From the NCBI GenBank assembly GCA_030704615.1, contig CM060732.1, positions 77,438,001 through 77,502,000 of the forward strand: 64,000 nucleotides of DNA, read 5' to 3'. Origin of the DNA: Takakia lepidozioides. Taxonomy: Eukaryota; Plantae; Bryophyta. Shown piece by piece: positions 39,898 to 51,800 of this stretch (position 1 is the first letter of the stretch; the number at the start of each line of letters is the position of its first letter). A program made the position numbers and the translations under genes. The notes under the pieces are model-generated. The model saw only the letters and a program-made list of their open reading frames with translations. It did no database searches and had not been told where the DNA came from.

Positions 39898-40254
39898 TGA
39901 TAAACAAGCTAAAAGGGCACACACTCTCAACACAAGAAATATGAAATCCATCGCTATCACTCTTTAAAATAGAAGTCGAGCCAGGGGCACCCCAAGCTAT
40001 GGGGACTCCACCCCACAACAACCTACACTCCCATCATAAGCACACTCAGATCTAAACGCATGAAGGAGCTCAGTCGCGCAGGCTCAACTCGAGAGAGCTG
40101 AGCTGCGCGACTGACGCTCTCGTGAAGATAAGGTAGTTCAGGTGTCAAGCTCAAACTTGACACTTGACTTAACACTTGAACTAAATCCAAGTGTTAAATA
40201 CAAATAACTAGTTTTATTCTAGTTAGTTTCACACTGTGCTTATTTAACTTGACA
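39898..40254 (-). repeat. 5' terminal repeat X of the DNMT retroelement
   Basis: 357-bp direct repeat of 21448-21804 (TGATAAAC...TTGACA on plus), followed by the TSD GCTT. Confidence 0.92.
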
Positions 40255-41089
40255 GCTTCTTTCACGATTACACCCATGAGATGATATTTGTTTTCCAATT
40301 CCTCTGGTAAGTAAGTGCTCAATAACATTTCATAGTGCCATGTCCAAATTTTTTGGGCTTATGATAAATTTTCAGCCCTAGATGTTACTTTGAAGATTGC
40401 CCATTTGGTTGCCACGTAGGTAGGTCAATGGTGCTCTAACACTGGATTTTCCGACCCCTCGGCACTTTGAAAAACTCTAGGGAGCAGAGCCTTTATGATT
40501 TTTTTGGCGCTGTAAATTCCCACACGTGCTCCTCTCTGACATCCACAATTTATCTTCAGGGTTCACTTCCATCCACTATCATCCACTATCAAACTGGAGC
40601 GTGGGAAAAAACTGACGCGACCCGATTCGGGTCACGTCGTCCTTTAGGGGTTAATGTCTGATTTGTCGAAATTCCAGGGATGTCGAAGAGGAGGGATATG
40701 TGGTGTTGCCATTGTAGTGGGATTTTCCCATGCCATACACGGGACTCAGCTGCATATGATGCCTTGCCGTCCCCATGAGGATCTGAAAGCGTTGAGGAGG
40801 AAATGCTGACATTTTAGAGTCTCTCAAGGTCTGCATGTAGCTTTGCCCAAGCCAGTTTAGTCGCAAATGGTAAGATCAAAGAAAACTCTAGTGAGCAGTA
40901 CTGTAGCCGTGGAGTTAGTATTGTCTAGCGTTCAACTGCAGCGCGCTTTCCACATGCCCTCGAAGCTTTGGATTTTGACCTTTGGTCGTAATTTAGGAGC
41001 AAGGCGACCGATTGGGCTGGGAAATGATCCCAAGTTCTGTATGGAGACTAGAAAATAAATAAATAAATAAATATAGACACCTCCCGAAG

Positions 41090-41244
41090 CTGGGAGCATA
41101 AATTATGGTGTCTCTTCACCACAAGGGCTACTACCTTCCAGCTGAAAGGTGGATACTTTCATGACACACCAGACCGTGGTTTGAACCCACAACCACATCC
41201 AACGAGGTATATGCCATTTACCACTGGGCTACATGCTGGTTGTC
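41090..41244 (-). mobile_element. tRNA-derived SINE-like repeat (second copy)
   Basis: Homologous to 20310-20458; minus strand has TAGCCCAGTGG and GGTTCAAACC boxes. Confidence 0.65.
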
Positions 41245-43227
41245 ATGGAAATTGGACTAGAGGCTAGATAAGGGAGGGGAGACTGGTCCTCATGAATCAA
41301 ACAATGTTCCAAAGATTCAATGGTTCCCAACTGACAACATGAATTTGTAGTGCCTGAACAGGATGGCCCCCAATCTAGGCAAATGTGTTTCCAAGTAGCC
41401 ATGAAAGCAGGGGTCTGTCCAGTGGAGCAGAAGGGTTGAATTCCTTATTGGAAGAGGACCAATGGCAAACCCTAGCAGGCGAGTCAACAGATGTCTAAAT
41501 GGAACATTTCTAGTTGGAGTACAAAGTGAGAAAGCCTGAAAATTTGTCTGCTTGAAAACCATAACAAGTGGAAGTATTATGAAACGTCTCTGTTATGTAC
41601 ATCACTGGAAAGGAGGTGGATTGAGTAGCCACCCATTGTTGCTCCTTCTGTCTTCCTTCTCTATCTTTGAGGATTGTCTTCCAAATTTTGTTGAAGCTTC
41701 CTATCCCACCCCTACATTTGGTGTTTGTATAATTATTTCATAGAAATACGGGGATGATATTAAGGAATACTCCGCCCTTTACCAGCCTTGCCTAGTATAG
41801 CCTTGCCAGCAATCATCTCCAGCCCCTATGTACGTGCTGCTAGGTGGGTGGTGTGAGGGTCCCATTAGGCTGCCGACAAATCTTCCACTTTGTAAGATCT
41901 ACACGTCTCCTTTTTATCTCTTTTGTGGAAACGCGCTTCCCCGGAGGGAGTTCTCATGTTTTCGACCAGGTGACCTAGGCATTTGTAGTCACATTATGAT
42001 GTTTTGTTTTGTGCCGGAATCCTTGCAAGACAACGTTGGCCCAACTGTGAGGCTTCCTACATCTTGCCCATAAATGTACAGTATTTGGTGTTCAGATGAT
42101 TCATGTACCAGATTGTATCACCTACATGCCTTGCCCTAACAATTCCATGATGGGAGTGTAAGAAAAAAATGTTGATTGGTGTGAAAACAAACATAAATTA
42201 CACTGTCACACTTCATCCCAACGGAGTATTGCCTTCTGTTTGGAAAGTGGACACCTATACCAGTCAGGTATGTCACGACTCAGGACAATGCAATTGCCCA
42301 AACCTTGGGAAGTGGTTGGTTGGTTGGTTGACCCCTTGAGACCCCTTCTAAAACTGGGTCGGCCATAATACACCATCACTTCTAAGACGAGTTTGAAGCC
42401 ACCTCATTCGTCGAACCCTCTATCTCTTTTTCTGGGGCCTTCAACACATTCCCCTTGAATGAAACTGCTCTACATATCACTCCAGTTGGATGCTGATGCT
42501 TATAAAAATTATTCTGATGGCTTTTAGACAAGGACCCAATTACGCGAGGCAATTTAGGCGCCGAGAGTTTCTCCCTACCAACTCCACAGTTGACAACCCC
42601 CGGCCGATTCAACATGCCGAAGTACCCGCAAGGGAAAGAGGCTCTTGTTTACAGTAAGTCATAAAAGGAATTCAGCTCTCAACATGAAGAACAGTGAGCC
42701 CCTGTTTTTTTCCTCATTTTTCAAAAGTAGCACGAGTGGCTACTTGTATACTCTATCCAGCACCCAGCTGGCACCTCTAGAAATGTGGCTATATGACAGC
42801 TGGCGGGTTTTAACAGGTCCACGTCGACAATCATTCTAGCAACAACCTCTCATTCATCTCTCTTGTTGTGGCAAAAGTTTGGAAAAAAATGCCTTCATTT
42901 TCCTCTAGCCTAGTGTGAGAAGGAGCTGTTTGGCGAAAATGCTGGCTCAGTTGCATAGTGCACATTGTGTCACCAGGCTAGTTGTTTGGGGCTCAAATCT
43001 GCTACCTTGTCCTGTGTGGTATGGTTTTGGTGGCCGGGGATGGTGTCTTATGTGAAAGGGGGTTAATTCCCCCCCCCTCCTCTGCTGGTACATGACTTGT
43101 GAGCTCTCGCTCCTCCATGTATATCCCTATATTATTTTCCCTACTTTTGAGGAAAAATCGTTGAGCAGCAAAATGCACATCTCATCACTGTTCGTCGGGA
43201 ATCTCCCTCACGTTTATCGTGTGACAG

Positions 43228-43342
43228 GCCTCATGGCAGCCTTGGGGCATGTAAGGGTTTTAATTTTTTTCCCTTCAAGAATTCTAAATAAAATTTAATA
43301 AGGGCTCCTACCCCTTTCTACCAAAAACAAAAAAAAAAAAAA
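43228..43342 (+). repeat. Poly(A)-tailed retroposon 3' end
   Basis: GCAGCCTT...AAGGGTTTTAATTTTTTCCCTTCAA followed by poly(A). Homologs at about 45025-45150 (+) and 20565-20650 (-). Confidence 0.55.
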
Positions 43343-43851
43343 AGGGCTGAAAGAAAACAGAAAAAAGAAGTATGCCACCCACATGACTGGGATGCAACAA
43401 TTTGGCAGCAACAATTCCCTCTTCCCTTTTGTATTCAAGTTTCTTCCTTGCTATGTTACAATGTCAAACTTAGAGAAGTGAAAATATTTTCGCAGTTGGA
43501 AAGGGTACTAGACAACCTGTCTGCAGGCTCAGGACGACTCCACCCTCACTCTACCTTTACAGATGGTGCCTGACATCACGTACTGCATGCATGCCCTGGC
43601 ACGCAAAGGACACAGCAGGGAATGATCAAACTGCTCAGCTTCATCTACACAATTGGGCTACAGGTGTGTTTTCGATGCGGCCCAGGTGGGCAGTCCCAAT
43701 ATTTCGAAGAACTCAGTGAAATCTTTAAGTAGCTTCGTATGTTGCTCTCCAGGAAGCCACACACTCATTTGGGGAAACTGGACCTGTGCTCAAGTAACTT
43801 TTCATCATCTCCAATTCCTCATCTACTTCTGCTCATACCCGCGCTTCTAAC

Positions 43852-45332
43852 CAGTGTTGGGCGGGTAAAAAGAAAAGAAAAGTAACAGGGGGATTGTAGC
43901 CCTGAAGGCTTTATACGTGTTTAAGGCACCAGGCCTTGACTGTTCGAACTATACTCTGAAGAGTAGCAGGATCCCCCCTTCACTGACTACGGTGTGTGTG
44001 CCTAATGGCGTAATTGAGGGTTGTAATTATTTTTCCCTCTAATAATCAGAATAAAGTTTCCAGGGCCTCATCCCTGTTCAAATAAAAAGGTAAGGAAAAA
44101 ATAACCTTACATAACCATGAAGGCAGAGAAAAGAGGTTCCAGTCAGGTCCAATAGTTCAAGGAGAGGGAGAAAAGCAGGTAAGAAAAATAACAAGAGGCA
44201 GGAGAGGGTGCGAACAAGATGTACCAATGCCTCAACTTTTTTTAATACCAGCCGGGTCCTGGTATTGAAGAAATTTTATTTTTCAATACCAGCTGGTTCC
44301 ATAGTATTGGAATATTCACTTAATTTTAATATCCGCCGGTTGTCATAGTAGTTAGACGGTATGATTTTTGATTTGTGGACGGATATCAATAGGATGGGTA
44401 TTCCAATCGTAATAGCAGCCGGTTATCAACCCAGATGTAAATAATTAAAATTAAGATTAAAATACCCACCAAATCATTAGTATGCCTTTAATTTAGAGGC
44501 GGGGATCTTGATTTCACAAAGAAATTAAAAACTCTGCTACAAAATTCAGATTTTGCACTATATAATAATGTTGCAGATTTCGTACGCAAAGTGAAGCGAG
44601 CTTTGTTAAGAGAAAACTGTTTGCAAGCCTCATTGTCAAACATGCCAGCCTCTGCAATGAGGTCCTCACATTCATCAATCGTATTGTCGTCCGACAAAGA
44701 GAAATCCGTGATCCCTTGCTCAACACCCTTGCAATTCGTCTGCACATCATCCGGCCAATTCTTCAAATTAGCACTAATTTGTCGAGGTTGTCAATGCCAA
44801 GTCGAAATTAAAGGGCCTCCGTTCCCTTTCTTTAGGAAAGAAAAAAAAGGTCGAAACTGCCCTACGGACATGTGCTAAAAAATGAAAAATAGTGGCCGGC
44901 CCTTGGGGCTGGACATGCCCTGACCCCTGACTCCCCAACTTCATATCTAGATGCTATACCATGTATATAGTCCTTGTTTTTGCCCATATGTGTGTATTGC
45001 ACGGGTTTTGCCTCTGTCAATACCAGCCTTATGGCAGCCTTCGGCCACTCAAGGGTTTTAATTTTTTCCCTTCAATAATGTAAATAAAGCTCCAAAGAGC
45101 TTCCTCCCCTTTTCACTAAAAAAAAGTTTCCCTTTTCAAAAAAAAAAACACCAGCCTATGTAGGGTATTGACCTAGGTATTGGAATTGTCAATACCAAGC
45201 GGTTCGGTTATTAACCCTAGTATTAGCCCTAGCGGTCCGGTTATTAACCCTAGAACAGCCAATACCGCCGGGGTCGGTTATTTAATACCCTGGTTGATAC
45301 CCGGCCAGGCCCTATATACCAGTCCAACACTG
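43852..45332. mobile_element. Non-autonomous hAT-type DNA transposon
   Basis: TIRs CAGTGTTGG / CCAACACTG; 8-bp TSD CTTCTAAC at 43844-43851 and 45333-45340; subterminal AATACC and GTTATTAACCCTAG repeats. The same TIR recurs at about 54174. Confidence 0.85.
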
Positions 45333-46356
45333 CTTCTAACCCTGTACTAAATAGCTCCAGTTGTAAACAGTGGCCCAATTACGGCAGTTCTTGAACACAA
45401 TGAAACACAAGCACACAGAAGGGCCCTCTCAAGTGCTCATATGCAATCAATCTCTAGACTCTCCCTGTCTCTCCCTCTCTCACACACACCCACAGAAGAC
45501 ATCCACAGCCTCTTTTGGATTCTGTTGTAAATACAGATCACCTCCAATGGCCTCGCACAGAGTTAGCTAGCACATCCTCTCCGATCCGGTAAATGTGCTT
45601 CAGTTCCTGAAGGCGCGAGATTACGTTATGGAGATGTGGAGAAAATTGAGATATATCTAAGGAGCCGAGGAGTTAGAGCTTCCTTCCTCCAACAAGAGTC
45701 TGAGCTACGAATCTCCGAGTCAGATTGCATGACCTCTATTCGACCTCTACAACCTGACACAATTGACAAGTTCATAGCTAGTTCCGTAGTTTACATTATC
45801 TGATGTCCAGAACCAGTCAGATATGATATCTAACGTTTGTCAGGTCAGAGGCGATATGTTATGTCACATATATCTTGATCGTCTGACCTCATTTCTGGAG
45901 TCCGCAGAGCGAATTAAAGTAGAAAGATTCGTGTATAGTTACGTCTCTAGGTAGGCAGAGAGAGCTGCTCTGGGTTGGAACGAGAGGCACATTGAACTTT
46001 GAAAATAAATTAAGAAGGGACCAGTTGTAGTTAGACTAACGCCAATAAAATAATCTAGAAACAAAGTGAATCACGTCCAGAGAGCCCTGCCCATGCAGGG
46101 ACACGGTAGACGTGAGAGAGAAACAGAGAGAAAGAAAGTAGCGTCGTGCAGGGCGAGAAAGAACGAAATAACCCGAGGCCCCAAGGGAGAGAGATTGCTG
46201 ACATTGTTTAGCTGAGGATATCCACTGACCCACTAACAACCTCAGTCATTATCCCTGCATTTGTTGAGGGGAGATCATTATCTACGTAAACAGAGCGATA
46301 AAATGACTTCGAATCTCAACTAACTCTCTTTGTAACTCAAACATAGCTCGAGGGCA

Positions 46357-48830
46357 ATGACAAACATGACATCGGTGACATCGGACGGGGTGCTGACAGG
46401 GGACAATCCCGAACACCATGCATTACTCCTGCTTATACTACAGATAGCCCTCATTGTTGGACTCTCCCGCCTCATCACCTTTCTCCTTCGGCCCCTAAGA
46501 CAACCTCGCGTTGTGGCTGGTGAGATTTCTCCTAGATTATGTTCTCAAAACCAGTAAATTTCGCCTTTTTGTTGCACGAACTATATGATCAGATTGCTGA
46601 GATTAAGAGATTTGGAAGTCGATAATTGATCCTTTTCTGGTAAAACTTCTGATGTGATCGTTCGTCTTTCTACAACCAGCTACCAATCTCCTTGGAAGGG
46701 CATATATGGATAACCAGCTTTTCCGATCGTATTCTGGCCATTGGTCCGGAGCCAATTTATTGAGTTCACATGTAACCTTTGCTAGATATGCCTGCAGAGA
46801 TCTCTGCAAGTTGGTCTGGCCCTCCTATCCCATGTCTCTCCCTCTTATTCTGTTCCTCTTACTCTGTCCCTCTTACTCTGTCCTGTTCTTGGTCGAGGTG
46901 ACACTGTTCGGATCGTGCAGCTCCCATCCAAAAGACTGTACGGTGGGACTTTACCTCCATAGTTATTGAGCAGGGATGACACTTGAAAGCAGCCATTTCA
47001 CGAGTAAAGATCCAGGTATTGATGAGGGCGTCCGTTGTGCAGAGATTTTTGGGGGCATATTGCTGGGACCGACTGCACTCGGCCTTATACCGGGTTTCAC
47101 CGAAAATTTATTTCCGACTAGTTCCTTGGAAGTGTTGGACACATTGGCTAATCTGGGCCTCATCTTCTTCCTCTTTCTTGTCGGCCTCGAGCTCGACGTG
47201 GGAAAGATTCGCAAGTGTGCTGTAAACCCTTACCTGATTTTTTGTTGCAGAGTAACTTGAAAAAAGAAGACAGTACTTAATTAATCCTAATGAAGAGATA
47301 AAGACAGAATTTGAGAGAGAAACTGCCTATACCCAAGTCATGCGGATGAAGTTCAAAGTATAGCACAACAAAGGAGACCGAAATGCATAGTGTTCCCCCT
47401 TAATTATCCCGTAAACCTCACCAATACTCGTCGTTGAGGGTGCGGGATAGTATATCTTAGGCCTAGGCTCCTCTCGTTACTTGTATCTCTTTGGGCCTTT
47501 CTGTTTTTTGGGGGCGGGGATTGAAGATGAAATAGGGCGAGCTATACTTCTCAAGGACAGCAAGTCCCCCACATGTCATATCTTCAGCTCTTCACCTTAG
47601 AGAATCTCAGCTTGACGTTCATTCTTTCCGATGGCTTCTTGAATTTACTGATTGTGCTCAAAGCTTTTGAAGCTTCCCTGGACGTTAAAATGTCTTTCTT
47701 TGTCAGAGCTTATCTTACAAGCAAGGTTTTGCAAACAAAATTGACAGGACTGGAACAGCAGCGTTATGGATGGCTGCATCGGGTGTCATGCTCCCGTTCG
47801 GACTGGGTGTTGTTGTTTCTTTCGTCACTTACAAAGTTATGATGGGCAAAGAGCACTCGAATTTTGCGGCGTTCACGGTGTTCATTGGTGTCGCTCTCTC
47901 TATCACTGCCTTCCCTTTGCTTGCCCGAATCCTTGCAGAGCGGAATCTTCTGACTACTGAGGTGGGTTATCCTGTACCGATACCTTTGTTCAGACAATTG
48001 AGAACATTACAACACCTGCTTCAAATTAACAGTGACTATTGCAAAGGAGCTTGAGGGAAGTTTGAAATAGGAACATTTCCACAGAAGATCCTGATGTCCA
48101 ATTTAGGAAGAATGCCAATCGAATTTCAGCTTAAGATGGAGCCCGCGACCGCAATTGAAGGTAAGAGATCTAAGGTGTACTGAAGTCCTGAAAATTATGT
48201 CAATGAAATATTTTGTTCGGACGTCCTTGTAACTTAATGAAGAGCCATTGATATGCGGTCTGATTTCAGCCTTTTCCGATATCCTGCAGATCGGTCAATT
48301 GGCCATGTCGGCAGCAGCCGTAAACGATGTGGTGGCATGGATACTCTTAGCAGTGGCAGTGGCAATAACAAACGCTGGATCATCTCCTTTAGTGGTCTTG
48401 TGGGTCTTTCTACTGGGGATAGCTTTTCTGGCTGTCATGCTTCTGTTAGTCCGTCCTGTTGCATTTGTGCTGGCACATTATGATGACCCGATTCCGGAGG
48501 CCGTTGTCGCTGTTACAATGGTTCTCGTTCTGGGAGCAGCATTCCTAACTGATGTTATTGGAATTCATGTCATTTTTGGAGCATTTATCTGTGGGCTCAT
48601 CTTCCCTAAGGATGGTCCATTTGCAGGTTAGTGAGTACATTTTCCTTCTCATTGTTAGTTCTTCAATTTCTGTCTCTTCTCTGTATTATATACTGCGGCG
48701 TAGCTTTATAAGAGGACCCAAGTGGGGTGACTGTACAAATGGGTAGGACTGTCCCCAGGAGGAGAAACAAAATCTCATAGTATCATTACTAATCTCCAGT
48801 ATTGTATACTGGATTTATCTCTCACACTTG

Positions 48831-48872
<42 letters not shown>

Positions 48873-51800
48873 GCAAGACCGACCTGTTAAACAGGCTAAG
48901 CCTTGGTGGAAAAGGGTAGCAGAGATTTTCAAGTATCTGAAGTGTAGCCCAGAAGAATTGACCCTACTGGATGAAGCTTACCTGGAGGAGGTTGTCCAAC
49001 GCCATGTGCCCAAACGCTGTCCGATGAAAATTAAGTTGGGCATAAAACTTCCCTGAGGTTTTTTCCAGTCTATGACATGGGAAAGGACCTTAAGGATGAT
49101 CTGAAGGGCCTACCTACCCTCGGCACTCGATGAAATTTAAACTCGGGGCAGGAAGCCTACCTTTGAACAATGAACAGATGCAGAAAGGAAAGGGAGATTG
49201 TCAAAGCTGATGTGCGGGCGGCCTGAAGACAATATCCATTTTCTGATACAATGTATGGGGTAGTCTCATCAGAGAGGAGCGTCAAGAAAATAGTCCCTGT
49301 ACCTCTGTTCACCAACTCACAAAATCTCGAGGCTTAAAGCCCTGGTCCTGTCGGGGTCTAATTGCTGGGAACCTCAAACACAGCAGATTGATGCTTGAGT
49401 GAAGGGCTTTCTGGTGGAAATCTGGAAAGCCTGAACTATTTGTTGAAATAAAGGCAAGACCCACTACTGTAGGGAACCCCTCACAGAGGTAGAGTCTGAT
49501 CCCACCCAAACTGGGCGTTATGGCCACAAGGCTACAGCAAACAACAACTTACAACAACTTACCCCAACAACAACAACAACAACTCTCTTTTTTCTCCCTC
49601 TTCTCCCCCCTCCCCCCCACTATTGTTTTTTGGTCCAGTAAGCTCTCAAAACTTCCTCTGGACATTATTTAAGGTTTCTTTTTCTTTCTTTTGTTATTAA
49701 GTTCCATTTCATTTCGTTTCATTTGCTGTAGACTGATTTTGTCGTTCTTCGTTTGTTCTAATGAGTCCTTTATGTCCCCTCTTGCAGGCATAAAAATCCC
49801 TCTCCTTTCTTCCTGTCTGTCTCTGTTCGTGCAATGTTCAGAGTTTGCTTTGTTCTGTGTTTCCATGGTACTAACTAACCACATTTTTTCTCATATTTGT
49901 CTTCTTTCTCTCAATTCATCTGGGGTCTGATATGTAGGGATATTAATTGAGAAAGTCGAAGACTACGTGAGCATATTGTTTCTTCCTCTATATTTTGCTT
50001 CTTCCGGCCTCAAGACCAACCTCTCTGCAATCAACAGTAGCAGTGCTGGTATGCGCCCTTGTGTCACTCGTTAACAATGTGTGGCTGATATGACCCTATA
50101 AAACTTCACATTGACATTATAAGTTGGCTTTCCCCTGGCCTTCAGTCAATCCCCCTTGGCAAAACTCTCTTCCTATTGTTCTCTCCTCTATATGTGAAGG
50201 TGTTCTAATTTTATTGTCTTTCTTTATCTCCCTCTATGGTATACAATGCAGGAAGGGAAAATAGTATCATTTCTTTTGCTCCCACTGTATATTATGAGAT
50301 TTAAGCTGGAGATAATGTTGTCTGTAAAGACAGAAATGCTTACTATTAACTCACTGGGCACTCAGCAATTGTGCCTGATTTCGTTTGTGGCCTATCCCAT
50401 AAGCTCTTTGAGCTCCGGTTGACATCATAAAGTTCCTATCTCTCTCTCTTTCTCAAAGGCCCTTTGAGCTTCCAATGGATGTAGTAAAACCAATTTGTCT
50501 TTCTTTTTAACCCTGAGATGAGCTGAGAGTTGAATCTCTAATCCTTAACAAGGGTCTTGGGTGGGGGGTCCAGTTGGGATATTGGCAATGATGATAGGGA
50601 CTGCATGCCTGGGCAAAGTCATGGGTACTGTGGTTGTCACCAAGGCATTTGGCATGGACCTGCGCAAGTCTATGGCACTTGGCTTCCTCATGAACACAAA
50701 AGGTATGGTGGAGCTCATTGTCCTCAACATTGGCCTCTCTAAAGGGGTGAGTACTCGCTCCTACACTTTCTCTCTCTGGCTCTTTTTCCTCTCTCATGTT
50801 TTCTTCCATTTTGTCCCATAAGCTCTATGAGCTTTCCGCGGACGTTATAAAGCACCATTTCATTTCATTTCTCTGGTCCCACTTCCCAAAGTTTGAATGA
50901 TTCTTTCTTTCCTTGAAGTAGTTCTATAGGAGTTCTATGGCTCTTTCCAAACCGGTTCCTACTGCTCTCTGTCCCTTGGGTCCTCTGGACCTTCTGTCCC
51001 ATGAGCTCTTGAGCTTTCCGTGTCCAGATGTTATAAAGTCTCTTACCTGCACAAGGCCTTCACCCTTAGACAATCACTCAAGCACTAGTTCTTATTCTTG
51101 GCTTTGTTTTTGTTTCCTCTCTCATGTTTTCTTCCATTTTGTCCCATCAGCTCTATGAGCTTTCCGCGGACGTTATTAAGCAACATTTCATTTCTCTATC
51201 TGAGCCACCACAAATTGCTACATCAAAAGAGCTGCACAAAATGTTTAGAAGTAAAATGAAGTTAGGCAGAAAACTTCCCTGAACTTGTTTCCAGTCTGTG
51301 ACATGGGGGAGGCCATCATGGATGATTTCAAGGGTTTACCCACTCTCGGCACTAGACTGAAATTAAACTCAGGGCGGGAAGCCTACCTTTGAACAGCAAA
51401 GAGATGTAGAGAGCAAAGGGGGATTGCAAATGCCCATTGTGTGGGCAACCTGAAGACAATATTCACTCTCTGATTCATATTCCTGGGTACTCTCACCAGA
51501 GATGCCCTCTTCAGATCCTTCAAGGGATTTGTTCCTGTACCTCTGTTTACCAGCTTTGGAAATCTCCAAGCTTAGGCAAAAGCCCAGGCCTTTTTGGGGC
51601 CTAGTTATTGGGCAAATCACACACAGCAGATGATGCCTGTGTAAATGGATTTCTAGTGGATACAATAGATAGTATCCCTATAAGTTTGCTGACCACTGCA
51701 TGCAACTCACGTAGGTTATAAACGAGGAGCTTTTTGCAATCATGGTGATTATGGCCGTTGTGACTACTTTCATATCAACACCAATAGTGATATGGATCTA

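Larger units (their letters stand above)
21362..40254 (-). mobile_element. Ty3/gypsy-type retrotransposon encoding a DNA methyltransferase and PHD finger, with split direct-repeat ends; decayed, contains a nested chromovirus
   Basis: TGTC...GACA termini; TSD GCTT at 21358-21361 and 40255-40258. Repeat X (357 bp) at 39898-40254 and 21448-21804; repeat Y (85 bp) at 21807-21891 and 21362-21446. PPT-like purine run at about 21892-21905. Polyprotein at 29195-22152. Confidence 0.92.

Noticed and set aside
21448-40254. Conventional element with X as the only LTR
   Set aside because: X has TG...CA ends, but its flanks (CACAA and GCTTC) form no TSD and the PPT abuts Y. A TSD appears only when the outer Y is included.
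21362-40254. DIRS/PAT/Ngaro tyrosine-recombinase element
   Set aside because: No tyrosine recombinase was recognised. It has a protease, Ty3-type RT and integrase remnants, TG...CA ends and a TSD.
48833-48868. (CT)n/(GA)n tracts here and at about 5242, 5518 and 6537
   Set aside because: Ordinary microsatellites.
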